Shown: positions 21,512-29,971 of the stretch, piece by piece
How positions within the stretch are numbered: the first letter of the stretch is position 1
How the letters are laid out: the number at the start of each line of letters is the position of its first letter
Source: an uncultured Cocleimonas sp.
GTDB lineage: Bacteria > Pseudomonadota > Gammaproteobacteria > Thiotrichales > Thiotrichaceae
Assembly: GCF_947495625.1 (NCBI RefSeq)
Contig: NZ_CANLZW010000018.1
Location: 10,903-42,902 of the forward strand
Direction of reading: 5' to 3'
DNA length: 32,000 nt
The notes under the pieces: generated by a model
Databases searched by the model: none
Seen by the model: the letters and a program-made list of their open reading frames with translations, nothing else
What the model was told of the DNA's origin: nothing
Position numbers and translations under genes: made by a program

Positions 21512-24500
21512 CTATTCGCTGTCAGATAATTCAATTCTTATATCTAGCTCGTCGTAGTTTTTAAGCTCTTGTTTAAGGTCTTTGAGCTCTGTAATAACAC
21601 TATCAATACTTGAAGCTTTTTTTATGTTTTTTGGTACAGTCAGTTTTCTATGAAGTACTTTAGGATTATATTTCCCAGCTGCTTTCTCCTGCACTTGGCG
21701 ATCATGCTTTTCCTGCTCACGCTGCAAGCGGCGTTTACCAGCAGTATCTTTTACCGATTGCTGTAGTGCACGCAACGATGTAGTAATTTCATAATCACGA
21801 TTCAATAACGTTTGAATACCGCTTAAGTTTTGTTCGACTTCGCAACTGAATTGTTCTAACTGTCCTAACAAGTTATTACGTTCATCGACAGCCAACTCAT
21901 CCCAACCAGGGCTTCTTGGTAATTCTTCTTGGGCATTTTTAAGGCCCTGCTCAACATCCTGATTCATCTTGCTGGCTGCATCGGACACGCGAATTCTGAT
22001 ATTACCCAACATGGTTGAGAGATCTGCTCGATACTTATGAAAATCTTCCAGCTTTAAGCGTTGCTGTAACTGCTCAATGTCATCGGCCAATTCTGCTTTC
22101 AACTCACCAGGAACACCTGAATTTGGAAGGTTATTGATACCCTTACATTTTGCATCCAACTCCAATAAAGTGGCTTCCAAGCCATAATCCAGACTGACTT
22201 TCACCTCAGCTGCCCATTTTAAATTACTATGTAGAGGAGACTCTTCTGCTCCCATGCGTTGGGTCGCATCTGAACAATCATTGAACAGCACATCTCTTAG
22301 TGATTGTTGCAACTCCTCCACTCTAGCTTGGCCCGGGACATTGAGGCGATTGAGTTTTTCACCAAGTGCCCCAAACTGTTGTTGAAAAACCGGGAAGTTT
22401 TTCTGCGCAGCCTTGCTAATTTCTTCTTCCAAAGGGATGATTATATTGCCATCGGCAATAACCTCACCCAAACGCTTTGCGGCCAAAGCACACATTTCAT
22501 TGGATGGTCTATCGTCACGTAACGATATGCCAACATTTGCAAAAGATTTGTTCGTTTTAAAAACATCGATCGCTTGTTGCCCGACGCTTGTTAGTTCACG
22601 CCCTGCTACTTTGAGTTTAATTTCACCTGCACTAAGCAGAGCAGCTAACATATAGCGAGTGGTATCAATGGACCAGCCGAATTTAGGACGATTAAAATCT
22701 TCACTTATTTTTTTACCGTCTATAGTACCGTTACGTTCTATATAGTCACGTATACTGATTAGGCCTTTATGATTTTCGTCGATAGTAAAACTTCCACTGC
22801 TGTCCTTTATGACTAAACCTAAAGGATCTGTCTCACTGGTTGCACCACTCAAACCTGCTTTTAAAAACTTCTCCGCTAAAATAGTTTGGCCACGATAAGG
22901 GGCTTCACTATATCGCTCGTATACACGTTCTGCTACTCCTTTGAGATGCTTTTTATTCGATTCTAATAAATCTTGAGCAAAGGTATCCACTGCCGTATTG
23001 GTTCCTCTGAAGACAAAAGAACCTGCTTGCATGGATCGCTTGAGAATACGTTGTAACTCTGGCTCTAGCTTAGTCTGAGCACGATCTACTTCTGCATTAC
23101 AGTACTCTTTTACTTCTTTGTCTGCATCGTTACGGTGACGACGATTAATCTCTTCACAACGATAGATGTTAGCTAGTAGGTGATCAACCTCTGGTGGCTT
23201 ACGTCCCAATAGATAAATTGTATTTTGGTTAGCTTTTTCTCGAGAGTCTATAACCAGTGCGGCCAGATTATTGTCATATTCACTAGGATCAACAAACTCA
23301 AGCAATGTTTGAATAGGGTTTCTCTCTCCAGCCAAACCGCTAGGTAGACCATTTGGGCTTTGAAGTTTAAGACCGGTCTCTACCCCCAAAGAACCTTCAA
23401 CTTGGACTTTGGGTAGTGGCGATAAGCAATCCCTAAGAGCACCACTAAGAATTCTACGTAGATCGATGGTTTTTAAGCCGATTTCATTACGTGCTTGCTG
23501 AATTTCAGTTAGCTTTTCACTAATAAAACTCAGGTAGCCATCCTGCTCACTGAAAGGAATAGTGGCTTCATTAATTAACTCATCTACAGCTGAATTGAAA
23601 GAAGCCTCATCTTGAGTTTGAGTAATGCTAGATTGCATTAGAGCCATAGTGTTTTGGCGTGTTACTGGGAGATTTGTCAATATCTCTAATACGGCAACTG
23701 TTTTAGCGATGTTTATATGTAACTCGCTATCAAAGAAATTAGAACTTTGTACTTTTCCTACTGCTTGATGCTTGGTTGGAAAAGCACGCTTTATGTCTTT
23801 TTCTAGGGCGTCATAGAGTGTGACAGTATTTGCAAGCATACCGACATTTTCATTAGCTATTGGCTTGCCGTTAGCTCCTTCCACTAAAACATCTTGGATA
23901 ACTTTTATAGCGGAACGAAGCCCGATACCACCTGTTGATTTTGCCAGCTGACCAAGTAAAGTAAGTAGCACTTCAAAATGAGCTGGGAGGAATGGATAAA
24001 GGTTTACAAAACTCTCTTTGTCGAAGTCTGCGTCGTAAACACGGGCATCCTCCAATTTGGTGGCATGACGCAACGCCTGCCCATTTTTATCAAAAAGCTG
24101 ACCCAGCTGATCCGCACCCTCAGGGGATTTACCTAACAGCCTGCGATAACAGATTTCTTTAATATCGCTAGATTCCAAATTTATTTGGATAGGAAAGCGG
24201 TCTTTTAATTTGAACAATTGCGGCGAGTTAAGGGCAGCCTTTTCATTATCTTCTGTAAGCGTTTGCTGTGCCGTACCAATCATCCATACTTTGCCATCAC
24301 CGATATTTTTTAGGTTCTTCGCCAAGCCATCCAAGTTAAGAATTAGGTTATCGCGAGAGCCAACATACTGACCTACTTCATCGACGATAAAAATGATGTT
24401 CTCTTTACCAGAATGCTGACGAGCAATGTCAATCATTTCAGCAACACGGTCATTTTCAAAACGAATAATATCACTGGCTTCAGTAGAAAATGCGGAGTCG

Positions 24501-25171
24501 GTTTTAAAGAGCTGCGGATACATCTCATGAGCTATGACTGGAATTAATCCATCAACAATAAACGGATCATTTTGTAGACTCTTCCATTCTTCTCCTTCTG
24601 CATGTGTTTTGAATAGTCCCAGAAACTCGTCATACCGACCGTCTTTTTGTAATTTGCGCTCAAAGGCGGCAACTTTGAGGTTTCGAGAATATCCAGCCCA
24701 TTGCAAGACTTTGTAATACATCACCGTGGCTACATCTTCCATGGTCGCACCAGCGACTTGCTCGGATGCTAAATCTAGCATGATGACTGCTGCTGGAAAG
24801 CGCTTTGAAACTGTAGTCAGTAGAGATTTAGTTTGCGCTTTAGTTAGACGATCTTTTAAGTGATCAATAAAGGGGCGACCTTCCACCATAACAGAATCAT
24901 CAAAGGCTAAGCCAAGGTACTTAGTGAAGGAACTTTTACCTGAACCATAAAAACCAGATACCCATACTCCAACTTCATTTTCACCACCCTGCTCCATAGC
25001 CAACTGCATTTTTGAAAGTAGATCGGCGAAGTGCTCTTCGATACTATCAGTAGCCACATATTCAGAGATTTCTGATTTGAGGCGTGTCTCAGCATCAGTT
25101 CCGTAACTAATAACCTTCTCGATAGCGCGATCAATACCTTTGGTGGGGTCAAATAGTTGTTTAATTTGCAT
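21512..25171 (-). CDS. brxC: BREX P-loop ATPase BrxC/PglY
   Basis: Walker A 'GFYGSGKSSF' near the N-terminus, 'IFIVDEVGQY' Walker B, and a long helical C-terminus. I trimmed the start to the ATG at 25171 ('MQIKQLFDP'), which has an AAGGAAG SD. The longer ORF-track start would overlap brxB. Confidence 0.92.
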   Translation of the reverse strand: MQIKQLFDPTKGIDRAIEKVISYGTDAETRLKSEISEYVATDSIEEHFADLLSKMQLAMEQGGENEVGVWVSGFYGSGKSSFTKYLGLAFDDSVMVEGRPFIDHLKDRLTKAQTKSLLTTVSKRFPAAVIMLDLASEQVAGATMEDVATVMYYKVLQWAGYSRNLKVAAFERKLQKDGRYDEFLGLFKTHAEGEEWKSLQNDPFIVDGLIPVIAHEMYPQLFKTDSAFSTEASDIIRFENDRVAEMIDIARQHSGKENIIFIVDEVGQYVGSRDNLILNLDGLAKNLKNIGDGKVWMIGTAQQTLTEDNEKAALNSPQLFKLKDRFPIQINLESSDIKEICYRRLLGKSPEGADQLGQLFDKNGQALRHATKLEDARVYDADFDKESFVNLYPFLPAHFEVLLTLLGQLAKSTGGIGLRSAIKVIQDVLVEGANGKPIANENVGMLANTVTLYDALEKDIKRAFPTKHQAVGKVQSSNFFDSELHINIAKTVAVLEILTNLPVTRQNTMALMQSSITQTQDEASFNSAVDELINEATIPFSEQDGYLSFISEKLTEIQQARNEIGLKTIDLRRILSGALRDCLSPLPKVQVEGSLGVETGLKLQSPNGLPSGLAGERNPIQTLLEFVDPSEYDNNLAALVIDSREKANQNTIYLLGRKPPEVDHLLANIYRCEEINRRHRNDADKEVKEYCNAEVDRAQTKLEPELQRILKRSMQAGSFVFRGTNTAVDTFAQDLLESNKKHLKGVAERVYERYSEAPYRGQTILAEKFLKAGLSGATSETDPLGLVIKDSSGSFTIDENHKGLISIRDYIERNGTIDGKKISEDFNRPKFGWSIDTTRYMLAALLSAGEIKLKVAGRELTSVGQQAIDVFKTNKSFANVGISLRDDRPSNEMCALAAKRLGEVIADGNIIIPLEEEISKAAQKNFPVFQQQFGALGEKLNRLNVPGQARVEELQQSLRDVLFNDCSDATQRMGAEESPLHSNLKWAAEVKVSLDYGLEATLLELDAKCKGINNLPNSGVPGELKAELADDIEQLQQRLKLEDFHKYRADLSTMLGNIRIRVSDAASKMNQDVEQGLKNAQEELPRSPGWDELAVDERNNLLGQLEQFSCEVEQNLSGIQTLLNRDYEITTSLRALQQSVKDTAGKRRLQREQEKHDRQVQEKAAGKYNPKVLHRKLTVPKNIKKASSIDSVITELKDLKQELKNYDELDIRIELSDSE

Positions 25172-25199
25172 AGTTCTTCCTTTTATTCCTTCTACTGGA

Positions 25200-25784
25200 T
25201 TAATCACCAACATGCATGGAGCGGTAGTTACCATCTTCAGGGTAAAAACCCAAAAACCTTAATCGGGTTTGCCCTGTGCGTAAGCCTGGATATAAAAACA
25301 CAGTTGGCACACTAAAATGCCCTTGAAGCTGACTCTCTACTGAGCCAATTCGCATATAAGGGTGCAGTGCTTCTAAGTCTGTTACAAGTAACAGAGCCTT
25401 CTCATCACCCTCAAGCTCGTTAAGCTTTTGCTTTAATCTCACTTGCAAGCCTTTTTCTTTATCATTAAGCGTATTAGCAAGAGAGTTATTAGCTTTTATC
25501 CACTCCTGAGGGGCAGCAGCATCTTGCTTAAGCCAAAGATTGCGGCGAAATGCTGGCACTGATTTAAGAATATCATTCACATGCTCAGCAATAGAAAAAG
25601 TGTGAACAATAAAGCCCTGCTTTTGTAGCATTTGAACCCATGCTTTTGTTTGTCGCTTAACCTCGATGATTTGCTTAGGCGAAAACACTAAGTAATAAAC
25701 TGGTTCAAAGCTAGCGTGTTGGAACTCCCGTCCTTGCTGGATCTTGGTAACCAACTCATCAAAGTCCTGTTTCAATGATGACAT
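25200..25784 (-). CDS. brxB: BREX protein BrxB (DUF1788)
   Basis: 194 aa. 'PVYYLVFSPKQ', 'LLLVTDLEALHPYMRIGS' and 'PTVFLYPG' match the DUF1788 pattern. Strong GGAGGAGG SD. Located between brxA and brxC. Confidence 0.85.
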   Translation of the reverse strand: MSSLKQDFDELVTKIQQGREFQHASFEPVYYLVFSPKQIIEVKRQTKAWVQMLQKQGFIVHTFSIAEHVNDILKSVPAFRRNLWLKQDAAAPQEWIKANNSLANTLNDKEKGLQVRLKQKLNELEGDEKALLLVTDLEALHPYMRIGSVESQLQGHFSVPTVFLYPGLRTGQTRLRFLGFYPEDGNYRSMHVGD

Positions 25785-26553
25785 CTACGACCTCCTCCAT
25801 TGTTTTATAAGACCAACTGATAGAAACAACATCAGCGGCAGTTTGAATAATCCAAAATTTATGAACACTAAGTCGCTTTATCTCATCTCGAACATCTTCT
25901 GCCTGTAAGCCAAAAAGTAGCCAATCTGGATGATTGATTAGGTTATTGTCAGCTATGCCTTGAAGATGAAGATCATAGGCCAGAATGACTGTGGCACAAG
26001 GATTAACCCTGATGGGTGTTATTTGTCGTGCAGTCCGATTTAAAGGCTGCAACAGTTGATAGTCGACACATATGCTCAACAAATAAGATGCTTGTCTTTT
26101 GATGGTTGATTCAGACCATAATTTCTTAGTTTTGCCATCATGAGTTGATCTATGAACAAATTTTGTTGAGTCTTCATTTGTGATCTCAGTATAACCTGAG
26201 GCATAGCGCTCCCAATATAGTGTAGAAACAAAATCTTGTAATATAGGATTTGCTCGAGAGCTGTATATAAAGAACAATTGATTTAAAGATTTTGTTGAAA
26301 TTCGGTGGCTAAGTAAAGATAGCCATTTCGCAGGCTGAGGACTTGGTTTGAGATAACGCGGTGCAAAACATTCTGCTACGATATTACGAAGGCGACGAGC
26401 TGTAATATTAGGAAATTCACCCGAATCTAAAGCGGTATTTACTAAACTTTGGATATCCATTCCTTCAACCCAAAGATCCAGTAAAGACTGCGTTTCACCA
26501 ACTAACCCAAGACCTGCACCAAGTTGTGTTGTGTAGAACTTCTCTTCGATCAC
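25759..26553 (-). CDS. brxA: BREX protein BrxA (DUF1819), longer than usual
   Basis: The N-terminus 'YTTQLGAGLGLVGETQSLLDLW...ITARRLRNIVAECFAPRYL' fits the DUF1819 pattern. GTG start in a GTGA overlap with the upstream gene. It is 264 aa, against roughly 200 aa from memory for typical BrxA. Confidence 0.78.
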   Translation of the reverse strand: MIEEKFYTTQLGAGLGLVGETQSLLDLWVEGMDIQSLVNTALDSGEFPNITARRLRNIVAECFAPRYLKPSPQPAKWLSLLSHRISTKSLNQLFFIYSSRANPILQDFVSTLYWERYASGYTEITNEDSTKFVHRSTHDGKTKKLWSESTIKRQASYLLSICVDYQLLQPLNRTARQITPIRVNPCATVILAYDLHLQGIADNNLINHPDWLLFGLQAEDVRDEIKRLSVHKFWIIQTAADVVSISWSYKTMEEVVDVIIETGL

Positions 26554-27044
26554 CCTCTACTCCGATAGTAAGGGTAAACCTGTTGACCAGAACTAAAACC
26601 TTGAAGGTATGCTGCGGCCATGCATGTGACCATATTTTGGTCGAATGAATCAGATTTAATGAATAATGGACCAACACCGTTCGTAGTATCGCCATTAGCT
26701 AACTCGTGCAAGACCGCTGAAGCCGCTTCTTCCGAAGTTAAGGTTTCCAGTATCGAGGCATCTTTAATTAAACTTTGTGATATTTCATACTCTACATTTT
26801 CTGGAAGCCTAAATAGGTGCTGGACGTTACCGATACCGATGTATTCATCATGGATTACACGAGCAGCTGAACTTGCACCATTAATTCTTGATAGTGCAGC
26901 TGTTTTCGGAAAAACAGGACTTAGAAAAGCCTCTCCTGAACTAGATAAAAAGCTGCTTGGCCACCAATTCACTTGCTCCTTTTCCCCCATGTAAGCTACA
27001 CATACTCTCAATCTAACGATCTTATTCTTTATTTCTTCTTTCAT
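26550..27044 (-). CDS. Small BREX-operon leader protein of unknown function (possibly BrxE-like)
   Basis: 164 aa and the first gene of the operon. Its stop overlaps the brxA GTG (GTGA), which implies translational coupling. I recognise no motif with certainty ('NWWPSSFLSS', 'FRLPENVEYEIS'). Confidence 0.6.
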   Translation of the reverse strand: MKEEIKNKIVRLRVCVAYMGEKEQVNWWPSSFLSSSGEAFLSPVFPKTAALSRINGASSAARVIHDEYIGIGNVQHLFRLPENVEYEISQSLIKDASILETLTSEEAASAVLHELANGDTTNGVGPLFIKSDSFDQNMVTCMAAAYLQGFSSGQQVYPYYRSRG

Positions 27045-27132
27045 ACATTTCTCAAAGTTATAACCATGTCGATTTTGATAAATATACCAATTCTAAATTT
27101 AGTAAATTATTTTTTTATAACTACACCCACTT

Positions 27133-27146
27133 TATATCTAGATATA
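27133..27146. promoter_or_regulatory. Perfect 14-bp palindrome in the BREX / recombinase divergent control region
   Basis: TATATCTAGATATA is perfectly self-complementary. It lies about 90 bp upstream of the first BREX gene in an AT-rich promoter-like region. Confidence 0.3.
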
Positions 27147-27260
27147 TTTCTATATACCTAGACTCTTCACAAGTAATTGATATATAAACATATTTTCATT
27201 TTTCTGCTTTTCCGTGCTACATTATTACATATTAATTGTTTCATTATTAGCTCATCTGCA

Positions 27261-27305
27261 TTCGCGCTCTGGCAGGCTCTAATAATAGCCTGAACAGAGC
27301 GCGAA
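27261..27305. repeat. Long GC-rich inverted repeat just upstream of the recombinase module
   Basis: TTCGCGCTCTG (27261-27271) pairs with CAGAGCGCGAA (27295-27305). An inner CAGGCT (27273-27278) pairs with AGCCTG (27287-27292). This gives 17 bp of pairing in an otherwise AT-rich spacer, ending 10 nt before the AGGAGA SD of the TTG-start gene. Confidence 0.5.
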
Positions 27306-27324
27306 CACTAACTTAGGAGATATT

Positions 27325-27576
27325 TTGCGCCCCAACTTTGACGCCACAAAAGAACTTGAAGCTTTGCGCAAACGAAAAGCGCTTAGTCGCAAGCGTCGAT
27401 TCAGAAAGAATCGATTAGAGCGTTATCGTGCGGAATTAATTTCCTTACGTCAATCGGGCGCAAGTTATCGAGAATTGTCTGACTGGATTCGAACCAATAA
27501 ACGCTGGAGAGTTGATCACACCGTTATTCGTCGATGGATGATCAAGTTACCAGAAATGGAGCATCAAAATGGCTAG
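27325..27576 (+). CDS. Small basic HTH protein (putative DNA-binding partner or regulator of the recombinase)
   Basis: 83 aa with a TTG start 5 nt after the AGGAGA SD. It has an Arg/Lys-rich N-terminus and an HTH-like 'ASYRELSDWIRTNKRWRVDHTVIRRW'. Overlaps the next gene by 8 nt. Confidence 0.6.
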   Translation: MRPNFDATKELEALRKRKALSRKRRFRKNRLERYRAELISLRQSGASYRELSDWIRTNKRWRVDHTVIRRWMIKLPEMEHQNG

Positions 27577-28474
27577 TTTTGCAAAAGCATCAACACAAGC
27601 CAATCGTGCTATTCGTCGTTCATTGGCTTTAGGTAAAGCAAGTCATAACTCGAAAGAGTCTGGGAAAATACATAGTGTAGCCACTGCAAAAGCGTATGAA
27701 GACTCTTTAAAATTAACAGCTCAATGGGATAAGGAAAATGGCGGAAAAGGATTAACACTTTTAGATACTTCAAGAGCAGTAGCTTATTTGATAGAACGTG
27801 CTGAATATGTAACTCAAAAAACCTTAGATAAAGATCGCCAAGCATTACAGATTCTTCCTAATGTGGATAAGCCAGAACGCATTAAGTCGCATGTTATAAA
27901 TACGGGACTTTCAACTCAAAGCCGAGCATATAGGCTTGAACAAGTTGATCATATTGTTAGCCATCAAAAAGAGCATAACGCTATCGCTACTGAAATATCC
28001 AGAGAGGCAGGACTTAGAGCACATGAACTGTATACGATTAGACCATTAGCAGAACAAGCTATCAGTACACATCGTAAATTTAGTGATGAACGTTTTGAAG
28101 GTCGCTTATCCTTTGTTTCTTATTCGGTTGTTGGTAAGGGTGGATTGATTCGAGAAGTAAGACTTTCACCAGAGTTATCACAACGATTAGAAAATAAACG
28201 ATTTGAAGAACCTAAAGATGCAATTGATAGAGGGATACACTATCAACAACATTATGATATTGGTGCTGGTAAGTCCTGGTCACAAAGTTTTTCAAGTGCA
28301 TCAAAACGAGAATTTGGTTGGTCGAATGGAGCTCATGGACTAAGACACAGCTACGCACAAGATCGAATGAAAGAAATTCAGGGTTTAGGACACACCTATC
28401 AATCAGCTCTTGAAATTGTTTCCCAGGAAATGGGACATTTTAGAGCTGATATTACCGAGGTTTATTTACGGTAA
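27569..28474 (+). CDS. Tyrosine recombinase / integrase (intact catalytic set)
   Basis: Catalytic residues are visible: Arg in 'GLRAHELY', Lys in 'VVGKGGLIREVRL', H-x-x-R in 'AHGLRHSYA', and His/Tyr in 'GHFRADITEVYL'. Confidence 0.85.
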   Translation: MASFAKASTQANRAIRRSLALGKASHNSKESGKIHSVATAKAYEDSLKLTAQWDKENGGKGLTLLDTSRAVAYLIERAEYVTQKTLDKDRQALQILPNVDKPERIKSHVINTGLSTQSRAYRLEQVDHIVSHQKEHNAIATEISREAGLRAHELYTIRPLAEQAISTHRKFSDERFEGRLSFVSYSVVGKGGLIREVRLSPELSQRLENKRFEEPKDAIDRGIHYQQHYDIGAGKSWSQSFSSASKREFGWSNGAHGLRHSYAQDRMKEIQGLGHTYQSALEIVSQEMGHFRADITEVYLR

Positions 28475-28749
28475 TGTTCACTAATAAAAAAGACCAAGAG
28501 ATTCTCGAGCTAAAAGATCAAATTGAAATATTAGAGTCTAAATTTAACCATGAAGAAAAGCTTCGGCTTGAGACTGGTAAAAAAGCAGATCGTGAATATA
28601 CGGATTTTTTAATCTACAAAAAAGAATCTCAGCAACGAGAAGATGAATTCAATGCTGAGATTGCTCGTTTAAGAAAGATTATTGCTGCAGAAAAGAAGAA
28701 AAGAATTAACTCAGCCTGTGCAAATAGGCGTAGGTTAAATGGCAGATAA
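28474..28749 (+). CDS. Small coiled-coil protein coupled to the recombinase
   Basis: 91 aa. Its ATG overlaps the recombinase TAA (TAATG). The sequence is charged, heptad-like and basic at the tail ('KKKRINSACANRRRLNGR'). Confidence 0.5.
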   Translation: MFTNKKDQEILELKDQIEILESKFNHEEKLRLETGKKADREYTDFLIYKKESQQREDEFNAEIARLRKIIAAEKKKRINSACANRRRLNGR

Positions 28750-29119
28750 AAACTGAATAAAAAGACTGGTTCACTATATGAACTCAATATTTTTTACCGT
28801 TTAAATTGTTAAAAAAAACGTGACTCTGGCATGTGATTCAGAGCTTATACCTGAAAACCTATCAGGATTTTATAAATAAACATGGAGGCATTTTTATGCA
28901 ATATACAGAACCCGTAATCTGGCTTTAAGGCGCAAGCGGGAAAAGTGAAAAATGGTGTGATTCGACAGAATATTCTGTTGATTGAGTCCGACCAGGCGAA
29001 CACTTAAATTCGTCAAATGTGAGGCCATCGGGACGATTATCTTTTAAGGTATGACGCTCTCGATCAACTAATTAATCAGTTGGTGTAACTAACGAGAAAA
29101 TTTTAAGTATCAAAAACAA

Positions 29120-29157
29120 AGCAGGAATGGTTTTGCAACCCTGCTCCGTTTTTTTAT
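29120..29157. terminator. Probable bidirectional terminator
   Basis: AGCAGG (29120-29125) pairs with CCTGCT (29140-29145), with an inner GGTT/AACC stem. CCGTTTTTTT follows on the plus strand, and the preceding A-rich run gives TTGTTTTTG on the minus strand. It lies downstream of both the plus-strand recombinase module and the minus-strand membrane-protein gene. Confidence 0.5.
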
Positions 29158-29261
29158 TCATTTACTTTAGAGCTAAAATTAGAGCCTGATTTGAATGAAT
29201 TAAACTGTTTGACCGTAGGTTAATTTTAAAATTGTGTTTTATTTCAATTACTAAAGATTTT

Positions 29262-29687
29262 TTACAGAATAAAAAAGTCATCAGATCTTGAGCTGGAACT
29301 ACTCGAACTGCTAGAACTTGAACTGTCGGAATCATTAGAGTTGTCTTTCTCACTAAGTACGGCAGTCAATACAATAGCTTCAGCTGTGAAGTCGTCTTTT
29401 TTATTGTTAGTACCGTTATCACTTTCAGATTCCCCCCACGTAGCCCATACCACTAAAAAACCTAGAGTTAAAAGGGGTAAAGTCATAGGAATTGCTTTGT
29501 ATTCTTGTAGGACATTGAAGTGCTCTAAAAAACTCATGAGTATCAGAGCTGGAATTGCGCAAATCCCAAGGAGTATCAAGCCAATTAAACACTCAGTAGT
29601 GAATGATTGTTTTTGCTCATCTTCCCTCTTAGTTAAGTAATAAGCAGCTATACAAGTAATCACAGTAATGGCAATGATCAATATCAT
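29262..29687 (-). CDS. Small three-TM membrane protein with acidic, poly-serine C-terminal tail
   Basis: I trimmed the start to the ATG at 29687 ('MILIIAITVITCIAAYYL'), which has a GGAGG SD 7 nt upstream. There are three hydrophobic segments. The tail reads 'DSDSSSSSSSSSSSSRSDDFFIL'. Confidence 0.6.
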   Translation of the reverse strand: MILIIAITVITCIAAYYLTKREDEQKQSFTTECLIGLILLGICAIPALILMSFLEHFNVLQEYKAIPMTLPLLTLGFLVVWATWGESESDNGTNNKKDDFTAEAIVLTAVLSEKDNSNDSDSSSSSSSSSSSSRSDDFFIL

Positions 29688-29833
29688 TTGTGTACCTCCG
29701 CATGTGGCTAATAGAGACATTTTAACACACAACCAATCAGCTAACTTAGATTAGGTTTTACATAAAAAACATGACCGGGTTACTTCAATATTACTGCGTG
29801 AAGAGCTGGATAACTTTTTCATATTTACCACTG

Positions 29834-29863
29834 AGTAAACACTTTCATAGGAAACTGTTTACT
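29834..29863. repeat. Inverted repeat AGTAAACA-N14-TGTTTACT
   Basis: AGTAAACA (29834-29841) and TGTTTACT (29856-29863). The same half-site recurs at 29942-29971. Confidence 0.5.
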
Positions 29864-29941
29864 TTTCTGCTTGGATTTCTCCTGTTAGTCGATAACCAGG
29901 CACGATAAACAACGCTTTAATTCTGTCAGATCATCGGCTAC

Positions 29942-29971
29942 AGTAAACAGATGTCGAGACAACTGTTTACT
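29942..29971. repeat. Inverted repeat AGTAAACAG-N12-CTGTTTACT spanning the recombinase start codon
   Basis: AGTAAACAG (29942-29950) and CTGTTTACT (29963-29971) are perfectly complementary. The ATG at 29951 lies in the spacer. Confidence 0.55.

Noticed and set aside
25172-25234. Longer BrxC N-terminus starting at 25234 ('MVTTAPCMLVINPVEGIKGRT')
   Set aside because: It would overlap the brxB 3' end and has no SD. The ATG at 25171 has an AAGGAAG SD and gives the usual short distance to the Walker A motif.
12589-26994. Many 60-124 aa plus-strand ORFs inside the BREX genes (for example 12900-13268, 15361-15690, 16057-16374, 18823-19155, 19216-19584, 26620-26994)
   Set aside because: All are antisense to long minus-strand genes with clear family motifs. 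Their translations are low-complexity and Ser/Leu-rich with no SD and no motifs, which is typical of shadow ORFs.
29275-29330. Poly-Ser coding tract as a phase-variable simple sequence repeat
   Set aside because: The serines are encoded by a mixture of six codons with no perfect tandem unit, so slipped-strand mispairing is unlikely.
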